Assembly (NCBI GenBank): GCA_024137785.1
Contig: JAHRHZ010000018.1
Span: 35,380,166 to 35,444,165 of the forward strand
DNA length: 64,000 bases
Origin: Ginglymostoma cirratum
Lineage: Eukaryota
Direction of reading: 5' to 3'
In this document: positions 26,700 through 39,699 of the stretch, piece after piece
Layout of the letters: every line of letters starts with the position of its first letter
Position numbering within the stretch: position 1 is the stretch's first letter
Notes under the pieces: model-generated
The model's database searches: none
Told to the model about the DNA's origin: nothing
The model's input: only the letters and a program-made list of their open reading frames with translations
Made by a program: the position numbers and the translations under genes

Positions 26700-26720
26700 T
26701 TGGCTATAGAAGCTTATCCA
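26541..26720 (-). promoter_or_regulatory. Candidate minus-strand promoter and first exon
   Basis: On minus: CCAAT (26703-26699), (GT)n(GA)n, a G-rich tract, then exon-like sequence ending ATGAATAGTTGCAT|GTAAGTA (donor at 26541/26540). Confidence 0.5.
26645..26698. repeat. Compound (CT)n(CA)n microsatellite
   Basis: Direct reading. Confidence 0.95.
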
Positions 26721-27848
26721 TAATATGCATTCTTAACTGGAGCTAATTCAATTAAGAATATTCATCGAAACTCAGTTATATCCCTTACAGCAGTAACAGC
26801 AGCAATTGCTTCATATGAGTGCTATGACAACATTAAAAAATCATTATTCATTTCTACAAGTTATATGGTTTCTCATGCACATCACATTATTTATTAATTT
26901 TAGTCTCTCTTTTATATTTTATTAATTTAATTAAATTTTATGGATGGTAGAAACTTTTCATTATGTCAGGGTTGACATTAGTTAAGGTTTCTCTCAAGTA
27001 TTTTAAAAGCTGCTAATTGATCTGTCATCATACAATGTGTTTTATTGAAATCTCATAAGAAGACCTAATGAGAACAAGCAAAAGGTGTTCTCAAAAATTA
27101 TATGCAAAGTAGCAGTACTAGAATTCATAATTCACAGGTAAACAGTCAGCAATTTTCAAGGAAATCAAGTTCTCTTTTATTTAAAATGACAATGAAGAAC
27201 TAACAACAAGTCATATTTTCATTGCAGCCCTCGTACAAAAGAAAGAATGTTCCAAACTTAGAAGCTCAATGCCAAGCAGCTGATAGGGAAGTTTTAGGGA
27301 CATGGAAAAAACGCATGGTCAAAAAGATTTTGAAGGAAGGATGGGTATCAATGATTTTTAGAAAGAGTTCCAAATAACACAAAAACATAGCAAGTGACAG
27401 ATTAGCCACCAAAAGTGGAAAATGAAAACAATAGGTAAAAATCCAGCGTTAGAGAAGTAGATGGTACAATCTGATTTGTTACTTAAATACTGCCTGGCAG
27501 CAAATCTACTAGACCACTTGACAGTCAACCATGAATCCCATGTTTAATATCAATCAGCCCCTCTCCAGATTCTCTTAAGGATAGATCAGACAAGTCACCT
27601 GTGAAAGACAGGAAAAAAAGTGGGTCAAGAATGAATCAACCCTCACATTGCCCGATTGTGTGTTGTCAAATTAATTTAAAGAAAAGCATTGACATCATTT
27701 ATAGCATTGTTCATTTGCTGGCCCAGTACAACCTATTAACAAATTATAATAATATGGATATGAGGAGAGAAACAATGAATAATATAATTTCCTGTCTGGT
27801 ACCACATCTATATTAATGGATCCAAGCAATTACTGCGCTGGTAATAAC

Positions 27849-27884
27849 AGTCCTGATGAAGGGTTTCGGGCCGAAACGTTGACT
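27849..27884 (+). ncRNA. Minimal type I hammerhead ribozyme motif (Penelope-associated), slightly degenerate
   Basis: AGTC-CTGATGA-A-GGGTTTCGGGCC-GAAAC-GTT-GACT: core boxes CUGAUGA and GAAA, stem I AGUC/GACU, weak stem II, palindromic AACGUU at stem III. A Penelope tail follows to ~27945. Confidence 0.7.
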
Positions 27885-28938
27885 TACCTGCTCCTCGGAT
27901 GTTGTGTGAACTGCTGTGCTTTCCCAATCTCACACCTATAGACTATTGTTCTGCTGTGCTGAGTTGGGTCCATGGATTCTGTTCAGTGTATTATACAAGG
28001 ACTCAGGTTGGTTTTAATATGTGGAATGATATACATATTATTGGCTGAAACAGCTTATCCTAATATGTCTGGCAATTAGATAAAAGGGCAACCTGCTTTA
28101 GGGGAATACACAAAATAGAAAATGGTATCAGAATAACATTAAATGAACTACTTCCTAGAGAAGTATGGTCCATTTCAGTTTGGGCAGTAATGTATGAGTA
28201 GTGAGAAGATTTGAGGGCTTGGTATAGTGTAGTTCATGTCACTTCTCTTTGGCTGTGAGTCGCTGCCCTGCAGCTACAGTGCTTTATTCTGGGTTTAAAA
28301 ATATATATCTGTAGATGAGCAAGCAAAAGTTTTAACTTGGTGGAACTAACTCACAAATTAATAAAGTACATCCAAAGGTTGACTGAATAGTGCATTGCAT
28401 AAATTACTGAGTAGTACTTAAAGGATGATTTCTGTGTTTACTAAGTCCATTGTGAGATTTTCCTCATGTAATGTAGCACTTTGATGTCCTATATAAATCT
28501 GCACAAGGATCCCAGAGGGTTCAGGAGGTCATCATTTTTCTGTCCAGCCAAGGCTAAGTGTATTATACACCATGCAGACACGAGCTCAAAATTTCCGTAT
28601 ACTAATTTGTGGTTGTGTTTTTGTTTTTGATTTGGTAGAAATTGATTACTGCTGCTGTTAATTAGCCAAAAAAGGTCCTCTACGATAGTAACACTACTCC
28701 TTTGGACAGCTGACATTTTCTTTCAGAAGTTCGTACAAACAGTGACAAAATATGTTAGTGTTTGAAAACAGTTTGTGAAAGCATGTTAATATTTGCAGAA
28801 AGTTTCCCATACAAAAAGTGCAACACTGATTTTCTTAAAAGAGGCATGTAAAATAACATTAATGTACTCATTGCCAAACTATGCCTGACAGATAGCTGCA
28901 GATCTAGGATTTTGCATTGGCATACAACTTGTGGCAGT

Positions 28939-28954
28939 GGGGGGGGGGGGGGGG
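28939..28954. repeat. Poly-G tract
   Basis: About 16 consecutive G. Confidence 0.95.
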
Positions 28955-29227
28955 TCTGTCGTAATGTATCTTGAAATAAAAAATCTAAATTTCCAAGCTG
29001 CTATTTTTAGGGATTAAGACATCATTGTCTCAAAAATGTTTCTAAGTTATGTGTCTTTTAACCATTTCCAAACAATTTTGCACCAAATCAAAAAAAAATG
29101 ACTTCACCAAGTCCATGATTTTCATTGTGATAAAATTAGATCCTATTAAAATTAACTGTCAGCAAGATTGAGCTATACTACAGTGTTCCTTCTGGTTTTT
29201 GCTTTTAAACAGGTACATTTTGAATGA

Positions 29228-29455
29228 GAGCATAAGAAATAGCAGGAGTAGGCCACCTGGCCTCTTAAGCCTGCTCTGCCATTTAATAAGATCATGGCTG
29301 ATCATTTCATGGACTCAGCTCCATTTACCCACCTGATCAACATAACCCTTAATTCCTTTACAGTTTAAAAATCTATCTATCATTGCCTTAAAAACATTCA
29401 CTGAGGTAGCCTCAACTGCTCCACTGGACCAGGAATTCCACAGATTCACAACTGT
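29228..29455 (-). mobile_element. CR1 LINE 3' end
   Basis: cataagaaatagcaggagtaggccacctggcctcttaagcctgctctgccatttaataagatcatggctgatc. Confidence 0.9.
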
Positions 29456-30329
29456 ATGCGGTTGGTCAAGTAGTACCTAAGTAAAATACAATTTAAATTA
29501 AGATATAAATTGTCTCTGCAATTAGCTGGTGGTGTTTAACTCAGACAAAAGAGTTCTCATCCATTAGCTGGAGAGCTGCTGACATCCCTGTGTCACATGC
29601 TTTTGGAAGGTCCACTGAATTAAGTGCTTAACAGGCACTTAAGGTGAGAGCAGCAGGCTTTCCCTGGGATCAGGGATACCAGGCAAGTCCACCTAATTTC
29701 CCTCATGAGGGCTTTAATTGGGACAGGAAGGTCACCTACATGCCTTTCCATCCCAACTTAATGAGGCAAGAGTATGAACGCAGCAGATCTTCAACTCACA
29801 ACCATCCTGCCCGATTAAATGTCCCATGCCTCCAAACTTTCCTCAGGAATGGCACTAAATCCTGCCGACTCAGTTTGTGCACGTGGAATAAGGCCTTAGG
29901 TATGGGTAATTTATAACTGCAATGCTATGTAACTAATTGGAATTTTCAATGGTGTTGAAGGCAATTGGATTCACCTCTAAATATGTGATTAAACCAACAA
30001 GGAACTCTACCAAAGAAAAAGATTTATGCTGATGTTAAACCCACATTAAAATTTGGAAACAAAATACTATGATTATCCACCTGAGTGCCTGACTACCATT
30101 TATACATGGGATAAGTCAAGGTTAAACCTAACAGCAATGGAAATCTTTTCCATAAGTCAACAACTACTATATTAGATTAAATACATCTTCAAATCTTCAA
30201 CAAAATAAGTAAGTAAATAGGTAGGGCTTTAAAAGACTCTATAGGGACATAAACTGCATAAAGTGTTGAAAAATAGACAATGTAACATAATTCAAAAGAA
30301 AATGCATGAATTGAGAAATTGTCTAATAC

Positions 30330-31650
30330 AGATTGTAGGAAATTACTTGAGAACAGTTTAGAAAATATTATCAGTGTTCACCTAGAGAGCAAAAACTCAT
30401 AAGCAGTTAGAATAATTTTAGAACCAATAGGTCATGTCTCATAAATCTAATGAGACTCTTTGGAAAAGTAGATAAATAAGTAGATGTGAATCGTAGATAT
30501 AAGTAACTTAAACTACCAGAAGGCATTTGTGCGCTTTTTAAACAAGCTAATGAGTTAACAGAAAATTAGCGAGCCACCTGGCTTCACACTGGATAAGCAA
30601 AAGGCAGCAGTAAATGGAAAGGTCTATCTAGCAATCACTGACTAGTGAGGTTTTGTCGGTGTCAGTGCTGAGTCTGTTGTAATTTAGATTATTTAAAGAC
30701 TTAGCTAAAGAGACAGTGTAGAATATGGAAACATTGAACATTTCTGTAGAGAAAAAGACACTTGGTCCATCATATCTACTTTTCTGCAGGTGGGTTGTCT
30801 ACACTAATGCTATTTTTTTGTTCATTGCCCCTGCCCTTGATAATTTGCTTTTCACAAACAACTAATTGCCTTATAAAAGAATTGATTAGTTATACTTTAA
30901 TGATGGACTACCAACAGAAAATCCTGTATTCCTACCACCCTCTTTGTGACCTCCACTGTTATTTATTTTCATGACCATCCTAAATTTTTACCCTCACATT
31001 TTTTCTGCTGGTCAATCAGAAGCTAATGTACAACTATTTATCCTAATGGAACCCTTCATAATCTTAAAAAAAATTAAAACAGGTCATAAATTAGTTTTAT
31101 GGTGTAAACAGTCCTAACTTCTTAAATCTTTCCCTACTGCTGTAACTCCTCATCCCTTGTAAGATTCTAGTCAGTCTGGGTATGTCCTTTGCTATTGTCT
31201 TTATATCTTTCTCATAATTATATCTATTATCCCAACTATAGTCTGAAGTGATGTATTGATTCAACACTGTTCTTCAGTTTGCTTTTTCTAACAATCCTAT
31301 CTACTTATGTTTTCATCTTTGATAACCTGCATATCTATGCACCAAAGTTCTTCAGTTTCTATACTAAATGAAACCCTGTTATTTAAGCTGTACTTTGTTT
31401 ACTTCTTCTTTAATTCAAAATGTTTGGCTTCGCGGTTGTCCACAGTGATCTACACCTACCACGTATCTGTTTATCCTGCTGACTTTCCTGCCATCACTCA
31501 TAAGCCTCGTCCAATTTTTTTTTTGGTTTTCACCCATCAAATTTAAAGTAAACAGTATATTTAATCATTTTAAGTCTAAATCATCTATGCAAATGTAAAT
31601 TAGTTTGGCCCCAATGACCCTATTGGACACCATTGACATACCTAGCAATA
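30330..31650. mobile_element. Old CR1 fragments (plus 30330-30740; minus ~30900-31650)
   Basis: Degenerate RSCLINL, YQKAF and VTSEV..SVL motifs on plus; CR1 3'-region-like text on minus. Confidence 0.5.
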
Positions 31651-32759
31651 CTTCCTTCTAAACATAACATAAGTAATAGCAGGTACAGTAAACTATTTAG
31701 TCTTTATATCTGATCCCAATTTAACAAGATCATTTCCAAACATATACCTGGACTCTTTCACCCAGTGCTATCCATACATCCTTCAATTTCCTTGGCGAAG
31801 TATGCTTGAAACTATTTTCCAATGTGAACCCAGTTAAAACAAGAGAATTAATATGACCATAGTCAAAAACTGAAAAATGCAGCTTAGTCACATTCAATGT
31901 AAAGTTATTAAAGTTTAAGTATCATAGATCAATGCATAATACATAAAAATGTGAAAGTCTGAGCTTCTGCAGTATTTTGTATAAGAATTGTTTTATGTAC
32001 CCATCTAAGTATCAAACAAGCACTCCACACACCCTGGGAATAGAAGAGTCAGTGAAGCCCCCCGCAACACCCCTCCCCCTACATTTCAAATGTGGGTACA
32101 TTTTGAAACTCCCCTTTCTCAACTATACAGACATTCCAAACCTACGTTCCCTCTGAGTTCTCCTGCTGCTGTCTGGACTTGTGAGATCAGGCTTCTGTAA
32201 CCGGAGATCAAGGTGTCTGTGTGACAACTAGAGCCTGCAGACTTTCCCGGCAGCTGCATTGTTGCCCAGTGCAGAGAGAACTCTGTCAAAAACATACCCA
32301 TGAACAAACACAGGCCCTTCTTCACAACCACCATTCCCACACAATCACTCAGCAAGCTGCCTGTCTTTCCAAACCCCATTCCTCCACTCACTCACAAACC
32401 TCTCTCTCTTGCCTTTCTTTGGACCAGCTATCAATGCCTGCAAACACAGAGTCACTGTTTGGAGAGTAAGAAGCCTGTACTACAGGCTGGATTGAACCAA
32501 AACATAGTCAAATTTGAAGCTAACTATCCACCTTGTCACACATCCACATGACCTTGTGGTTTGCCCCACATTCCTAACACAGTCAATTTCTGTCCACCCT
32601 CACCCGCACCAAGTGTGTTCATGAATGTCCTGGCCACTGCTAAAAGTCCATTTTGAAGTTAAGGAACACTTCACGCTCATTGTCAGGGCCAACCCCCTTT
32701 TAATTGAAATGTCTACTTGCATTCCTAATTGTTTGGTTCTACCTGAAAACATACTTTCT

Positions 32760-33200
32760 GCAAGGGGAGGGGAGTAATGACTTGGAGGGGGGCAGTGAGA
32801 ATGGAAGGGTGGCTGGGAAGAGGGCCATTGTGGGAGAAGTGGTAGAAAATGCAGTGGCTCCCTCTCCATCCTCACTCTCCTCATTTGCATTCCCTCCATT
32901 CTCGCTCTCCCCGCCTTCACAGACAACCCTTCACAGCCAATTTTTACTCTTTGACCTCACCACCCCCCCGCCCCGTCTTCACTGCTCCCATCCTCACTCT
33001 CCCATCATCCTTATTGCCCTTCCCCATCCTCATTCCCTTTATCCCCTCTCCACACCCATCCCTTTCTCCCTCCACAGACACCCCCTCCCACCTCCACAGC
33101 CACTTCTACTCCTTTCCATAGCCATGCCCTTCCCCCTCCTCAGGCGACCCCTTTCACCACCACAGCCACCCCTTCTCCCCAGCTGCTCCTTTCCCTTTTC
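32760..33200. repeat. Purine-rich then C/pyrimidine-rich low-complexity tract
   Basis: A GA-rich stretch (32760-32850) followed by ~350 bp of C-runs; source of the spurious Pro-rich ORFs. Confidence 0.8.
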
Positions 33201-33819
33201 CAGCCCTTGTGGTAACCTGTTTGCTCTGTATCCAGAGTCAGGGTGCTTAATGGTCAGATACAGATCAAAGGTGATTTGCTGCATGCCACTGGTACTTGCA
33301 AATTGTACGTAGGTATTTCAATAATTGGAGGTTAGCAGAAATAATGGGACAAAAAGCTACTGCTGGCTTAAGGGCGATCACTATTTGTCCAATTTCCAAG
33401 GGTTCTGAGTGAGAGACACAAGTTTGAGTTCTCCTCTATTACCGTTTGTCTGTGCAGATTGCATTGAGAAGTTCAGTGTTTGATGTAGGGGTTAGGGTTG
33501 GAAGGATGATTTTGCGCTGTAGACACTCTCTTTTCGGTGCCTTGTGACGGTCCCTCAGCCAATGTTGCACATTCAACAAGTGCTGCAGATTTGTCCCCTG
33601 TTATCCATATCCAGTATGTCTCAGTCTGTGGTGCAGTGTACTTAACTCTCAATTACACAGTATGCCACCGATTACTGTTCTGAGATCAAAGACAATCTTT
33701 CACTCCTTCTATGTCTCATTCAAGTCCTTTTCACTGAGGGTCCTGTGCCCTGCTGCTGGTGGCATTTGGTCACTGTGGCTGCCTACCTAAGAAGGCATAG
33801 AGATGCAGGATGATCATCC

Positions 33820-33950
33820 AGTTCTGAAGAAAGGTGACTGGAGGTGAAACGTTGACTCTGCTTTCTCTCCCCAGACACTGCCAGGCCTGCTGAATTTCTT
33901 CAGCAATTTCTGCTTTTCTTTGTTTCAGTTCTCCTGCATTCACAGTTCCC
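33820..33950 (+). mobile_element. Penelope-terminus repeat with decayed hammerhead motif
   Basis: AGTT-CTGAAGA-AAGGTGACTGGAGGT-GAAAC-GTT-GACT followed by ctgctttctctccccagacactgccaggcctgctgaatttc; stem II no longer pairs. Confidence 0.7.
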
Positions 33951-33954
33951 TGTG

Positions 33955-35635
33955 TTATTTGACAGATGCAGGAGGACCAGGGCCAATGGTAAGCTCAGGG
34001 GGAGCAGTAGGCCCCTGTGGAGGATGAGGAGCATTGAGCTCAGGGAGATGCTGCAGCTTCAGGTCCTTCAAGATGCTTGGAATGTGCAGGAGGCCCAGAG
34101 TTTTCTGATCCCAACTCTACTTCCTAGGGATGAGTGAAGGCACTGTTACGGTGCAGGCTCCATATATCCTGGGAGACAGTAACAGACTTTGCTGGATGCT
34201 ACAGCAGGACTGAGGGCTTCTGGAGTCAGAGGCCTTCCTCTCCCGGTGGCTGTGATGGTTCCTCTGGCTCTGAATGTTTATGTGACTGGCTCCTTCCAGG
34301 GAGACACAGGTGACCTGTGTGGCATCTCTTGGTCATGCACCCACGTATACATCAGGACAGTGATGAATACCGTCTGTGCGAGGTCACACCAGTTTATAGC
34401 ATTTCCTCAATGACGAGGCCAGTGTTGCAGCCGCAGGCATTTGAATTCAGTCACATAGCTGATTGCCACAACTAGAGCGTGCCATTGACTGAACGTGTTC
34501 TGAAAGGGCTATATCATAACACTGTAGAATTCAGCAATAAGAAGGGATTCTAATGCTTCACCCTGCAACCATGGCTCATGACCTAACTGTGCAACTCCCT
34601 GACTGATGTTACACACAGACCCAATGCCACCCATACCTCACCCAGAGTCTGCTGGAGCAGAGAATAGGACTGTTAAAAATGCAGCTCTGCGTCCTGGCCA
34701 GATCTGGAGGGGGGGGGCCTCTAGACTAGTCTAGACAGAGTGTGCCACACCATCCTGCCACAGTGTGCCCTGTACAATTACAGCAGACAACAAGATGATG
34801 CAATGGTTGCAGAGGAACTTAGGGAGCAGGACCAGTCTTCTGAGGTGCAGAATGAGGACATTGGGTGAGAAATCTGATATTGTTCATGACAGAGCTTGAC
34901 TGCTACAAATACCACAAGCCAGACAGATCCCAATGACACCTGGTTCCAAGAGAAGACAACCGTGTGCAGCAGGCAATAATTAGCTAAAATATTTCACTCA
35001 TAGTGCCGAAACCTTGTTAGCATTGCGCGGGCAACATACAGATTCTGTTGGTTCCATTATTGCTCCCTTTTGGGTTCTGTAAATAAAAGTTCCTATTTAT
35101 GTTTGTATTTGTCCAATTGTTCATCGGTTTGTGATGTCTCTGTGTTGGACAATGGCGAGATTCAGTTCTACAGTGGGCATTGGGGGCAGGGTATCATTGA
35201 CTCAGAGAAGTTATTTGGACAGGATATAGTTACAGACAGGTAACGTGTGTATGTGATGATTGAACAGTGACTAGGATGAGTGAATGGTGTTGTATGTGCG
35301 AGGGACTGTCAGCCATGGGCAGCAGGTGTCTGTAGCTATGCCATTATATTACTGGTGAGAGGCAACTCTGGACTGAAATGCTTCTCCAGATGCACAGATG
35401 GCGCAGGCACCACTGATGGCGGTGGATATCTGCTGAGCGGTTAGTTGTTATGGGAATAGCAGATGGTTAGATAGGGTGGAAATCTGATGTTAGAGACACT
35501 GTACAGGCCTGGCAAATAACTAATGAGGCAAGTTGGGTAAAATATGGCATGAAATCTAATTGGGCCTCATGGTGAAAAACCTTCCAAAAAACCCAAAGCA
35601 ACATGAGTTTGCCAAGAAAACCTAACAGTCAGCCT
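33955..35635 (+). mobile_element. PIF/Harbinger transposon relic (HARBI1-like DDE transposase pseudogene)
   Basis: LPLPVAVMVPLALNVYVTGSFQGDTGDLCGISWSCTHVYIRTVMNTVCARSHQFIAF (34189-34413), AID*T, FSNKKGF, LLEQRIGLLKMQLCVLARSGG. Right end is similar to 20160-20275. Confidence 0.88.
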
Positions 35636-36439
35636 AAATTATGAATTTAAATTTTGCCATTGACTTCAGTCCACTACAAGATTACCTTATTTATTATGTA
35701 GCAATCTTACTTCTACTTTTACTTTACTAGCAAGGATTCTATAAAAGGTCTTTGTTTGCCTTTCATTGCACTTTTACGACAGATCTCACTTTAATCCTAT
35801 CTAAGCTTTTTATTGTGGTTTTGCTATCAGTCTCCATATGTGTCCTGGTTTTTGTTTTCATTATCGATCGTGCATGTATGAATTTTTTTTTTTATTTTGA
35901 TTCCCTGTATTTTTCATGAAAATGGTGTTTTTATTTGTTTTTCCAGGATATGCTTCATCACTGCCTTGTTTGTGTTTTATTTGAATATTTATCATTTCTG
36001 TTCTAGAGTTTCATTTCCCATTCTATCAATCTGATATAATTAGTTAATTTTATCCCAAAACTATTGCTTTGCTTTTTTTATTGCATTGAATCAAAATGCA
36101 TCATGATCATTGTTTGCCAAATCTTTTACTTTTAGTTGCCAGCATAATTTATTTCATTATTCAGTCTTTTTTGGTGGACTTCCTTTGATGGAGTAGATAC
36201 ATTTTGACTGAAAAAAAAGTTGTAAATTTCTTAGAAGTAATGGTTTCACGAATCCTAGTCTATGTTTTGATAATGAAAGTTTCTGATAATTATATGTTTC
36301 ATTTACACTAATGTTACCTCCTCTTCAAAAATGCATACTCAAATATACTTCAACAAATTTTGCTGTTCACTGTAAACTGCCTGATCACAGAAATTTAAGC
36401 CAGAGCTATCATAGAGCATAAATTCATAGTGATGATCCC

Positions 36440-36850
36440 AGAGATGGGAAACTATAACTGCATGAAATATTTGAGATATGGGACTATTTCCACAGAAGCA
36501 GAGAACAACCAAGAGAGGATTTAATAGGACATTTTAAAACTGTGAAGGGTTTGATAGAGTGAATAGGAAAATAATATTTCCTCTGACTATAACTGTCATT
36601 TAGAAACTGAGTAGAGATGGAGGAGACATTTCTCTACAAGAGAGTGGGAAGCATGTGCATTTTTTGAGACAAGAATTAGTTGAGACAGAAACTGTTGGAC
36701 CTGTAAAGAAAGAAAAATAAATATCTTGAAGGAAAAGTGGATACAGACCCATGAGGAGAAAGGAGTGCAATGGGATTACATTGGAATTTCTCCACTAAAA
36801 GAGTGTCACAAATCTGTAGAGTTACATGATCCTGTTACCTGCTACTACAG
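36440..36850 (+). mobile_element. Old CR1 3' fragment
   Basis: gggactatttccacagaagcagagaacaaccaagagaggatttaataggacattttaaaactgtgaagggtttgatagagt (GLFSLExRRLRGDLIxxFKxxKGxDRV pattern). Confidence 0.7.
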
Positions 36851-37009
36851 TTTGCATGAATTAATTGAAATAAGAAAAATTTGACCATAACCAAATGGAT
36901 CTTAAGTAAGGGTGTTAAGAACATCAGAGAATGCAAAGTGATAAATGTAATGCAGACTAAAGTAGAAAATATAAACTATGCATCAGGAATCTATATATAG
37001 GTGCATATT

Positions 37010-37168
37010 ATATATTAAGGAGTTGGATATAGTACTTGGATCAAACAATATGGGGGGGAAATAGGAACAGGATATTAAGTTGGAAGGCCAGCCATGATCA
37101 TAATGAATGGCAGAACAGGCTTAAGGGGCTGAATGGCCTACTCCTGCTCCTATTTTCTATGCTTCTAT
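37010..37168 (+). mobile_element. CR1 3' UTR end
   Basis: cagccatgatcataatgaatggcagaacaggcttaaggggctgaatggcctactcctgctcctattttctatgcttctat. Confidence 0.9.
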
Positions 37169-37444
37169 ATATGTGCATAATAAACTGATGGGAAAAAGAT
37201 AGAGGTTTGGGTGTGGTTAATAACCAGTGATTGAACGTGTCTCGTCAGTGTGAAGCTAACAGAAAAGCAATGAGACAACTACTAAAGCTAAGGTGTACAA
37301 AGGGATTTAAAAGCTGCATCACTCATCAATTAGAACGTGTTACAAATATTCAATGGTCTTTCAGACACCCTTCCTTTAAAATGTTATTAATGGCTTGCAA
37401 TAATTCAGAAAACAGCAACAAGAATAATTCTAGAATCTAGAAAG

Positions 37445-37660
37445 AAAGAAGAAACAAATTGAATTCATGTGGCATTTACCATGTACTCAGGACATCCAAA
37501 AATATTTTACTATGAAAGAAGCACTTTTGAATTGATGAAGTAATGCACAATAAAATTCCACAATAGCAATGAGATAAATTACTAGAACTCAGTTTTAATT
37601 CCGCATCACGTCTAACAGTGCAATATTCCCTCAATACTGTACTGAAATGTCAATACAGTT
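37445..37660 (-). mobile_element. Deu-domain SINE fragment
   Basis: cacgtctaacagtgcaatattccctcaatactgtactgaaatgtca is the reverse of the Deu core; the tail ctcaggacatccaaaatattttac is present. Confidence 0.6.
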
Positions 37661-39699
37661 TATTTGCCAAATTCCCAGGGAGGACATGAATGCACAATCT
37701 TCTGTTTAGTACTATACATTTTGAGCATAGAACTACAGAAATATACTCTTTTCACTGGATTTAGAGAGTCCACAATCTGAAGGTTGACATCACAGGACAG
37801 AATAACGCAAGAATAAAGGTGGCAATACTCAGTGAAATTAAAATCAATTTCCACACATAGTTTTGGATACATAACATAAAAAGATATATAATCCTTTTGT
37901 ATAAGAATGCAATTCATGGTTGTAATGATAAATACAGCATGACAGTTTATGATAGTTACTTCACTGACGTGTCCAAGAGAGGTACCATCTATAAAAATCA
38001 GTTCTTCAAATTGTAAGGCTATAGAACAGGACTGACCTACAATTTTGCTAATTCTCTTCAAGAAGAAATTTGACAATGTTCTATCTTTATTGATGTTGTA
38101 CCTACACATTTCAAGAGAATGATTGTTTTGGATAAAATCTATGATATGGCAATTTATGAATGTTCTATGAATTGACCGGGCTCCTTGTTAAAAGCCCTCT
38201 TCCACTTTTATGGTCTTATGTCTATTTACTAAAATGCTGTTCCAAAGCATGGGATATTACCAAATTCTGACCCAACTAAATGTTATCATCCCCTGAAGCC
38301 CAGTCAGATGCGTAAGTGGCATGGAGCAGGCCAACATATCAGAATTGGGCTGAATAGCCTATTTCTACACTGCATATTCAATGTGGGCAAAAACAGTGCT
38401 AATGGGTACAATCAGGATCTCAGCAATTCTCCTTCTGAAAATTGTCTCAAAGGCTTAGGCAGATTTAATCTTTTAATGGACATTTATATCAATGGCCAAA
38501 CCATGCATTATTGATATTGCCATCAAAAACCTACTTACATTTGGGCAATAGGAATACGTCTTCAGCAGTAACTTTCTCACTTTCTGATCTATAGAGCTTA
38601 ATAAGAACTATTTCAAGAAATTTTTGGAGTCTTCTTCAAATATATGCAGGATTCTAATGGTTAATATATAATTGTGACCTTTCTCAAACACAAAAATATA
38701 TTCCATTGCTGCAGCTTATTAATACTGGTTTTCTTGATTTTCTTGCTTCTGGACACTAAACAAGTCAATGCAGGTAGATTTTCCAGAGTCAGGCATAAAG
38801 TTGCTTCCCACACATTTGTAGCATTCCATGCATCATTTCCCAGTTAACCATGCTAGAAATTGCAATGTGCAGCAAAGGATCTGGGCCTTAATAATATTAT
38901 ACATAAGATACTTTTGCACCTACCTAACTGTATAGATAAGGTCATAGTTTAATGTCTAATCCAAAAGATAGTACCTCCACCAATGTAGCTAGAAAAATAA
39001 TTGTGAAATAACTACTGAAAATATCCTCCTTAAATGCTGTATTGTAATCTCCTTTAACCATACCAAGTGACAGGCCAGTTCTGCAGTCTCAACACTCACT
39101 GTTTAAAGAAATTCTTCCTAATGTATTTATCTGATTTGTTAGTTGTTATCTTATATATGCACCTCTTGGTTCTGGTTTTACAAGTGTACTTCAATGTTTA
39201 TGTTCCTGGCCAAGCTGCTCCAGCACAACATTAACACTGATATGTACAAACACTGCGTAAAAATGCTTTGGCATTTTTTGTCCACAATCTGGAGGACACA
39301 TCCAACAAGACCTGACTTTCACAAATATGCTAAGGATGAAAAGCAAGACAATATTTGAGTCAGTGTGGCACTAGACTCCTTAGTAATTTCAAAATTAATG
39401 GAAATTAGGGGGAAACATCTCCAATGGCTGGAAGAAAAGAAAGATGTTTGTGCTTATTGGAAACTAATCACTTCAGCCCTTGGATATTGATGCTGTATTT
39501 CCTAGCACAACTGCCTAGGCCTAACTGTCTTCAGATATTTCATCAGTTACTTTTCCTCTGTCATAAAGTCAGAAGCGATAATGCTCACAAATTGCAAGGA
39601 AATTTATATTTCCAATAATAACTTCTCAGTACCATCTCACAAGCAACAAGACCTGGCTAACAAGTACAAAGTAACATTTGCATCAAATAAGTGCTAGGT

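Noticed and set aside
32704-33312. 202-aa Pro-rich ORF
   Set aside because: Arises from a C-rich low-complexity tract lacking stop codons; no domain or splice context.
34720-34735. Perfect 16-bp palindrome TCTAGACTAGTCTAGA (XbaI-SpeI-XbaI, linker-like)
   Set aside because: Lies at the expected GGALQYSPxRV position of the Harbinger transposase; most likely mutational decay, not a cloning scar.
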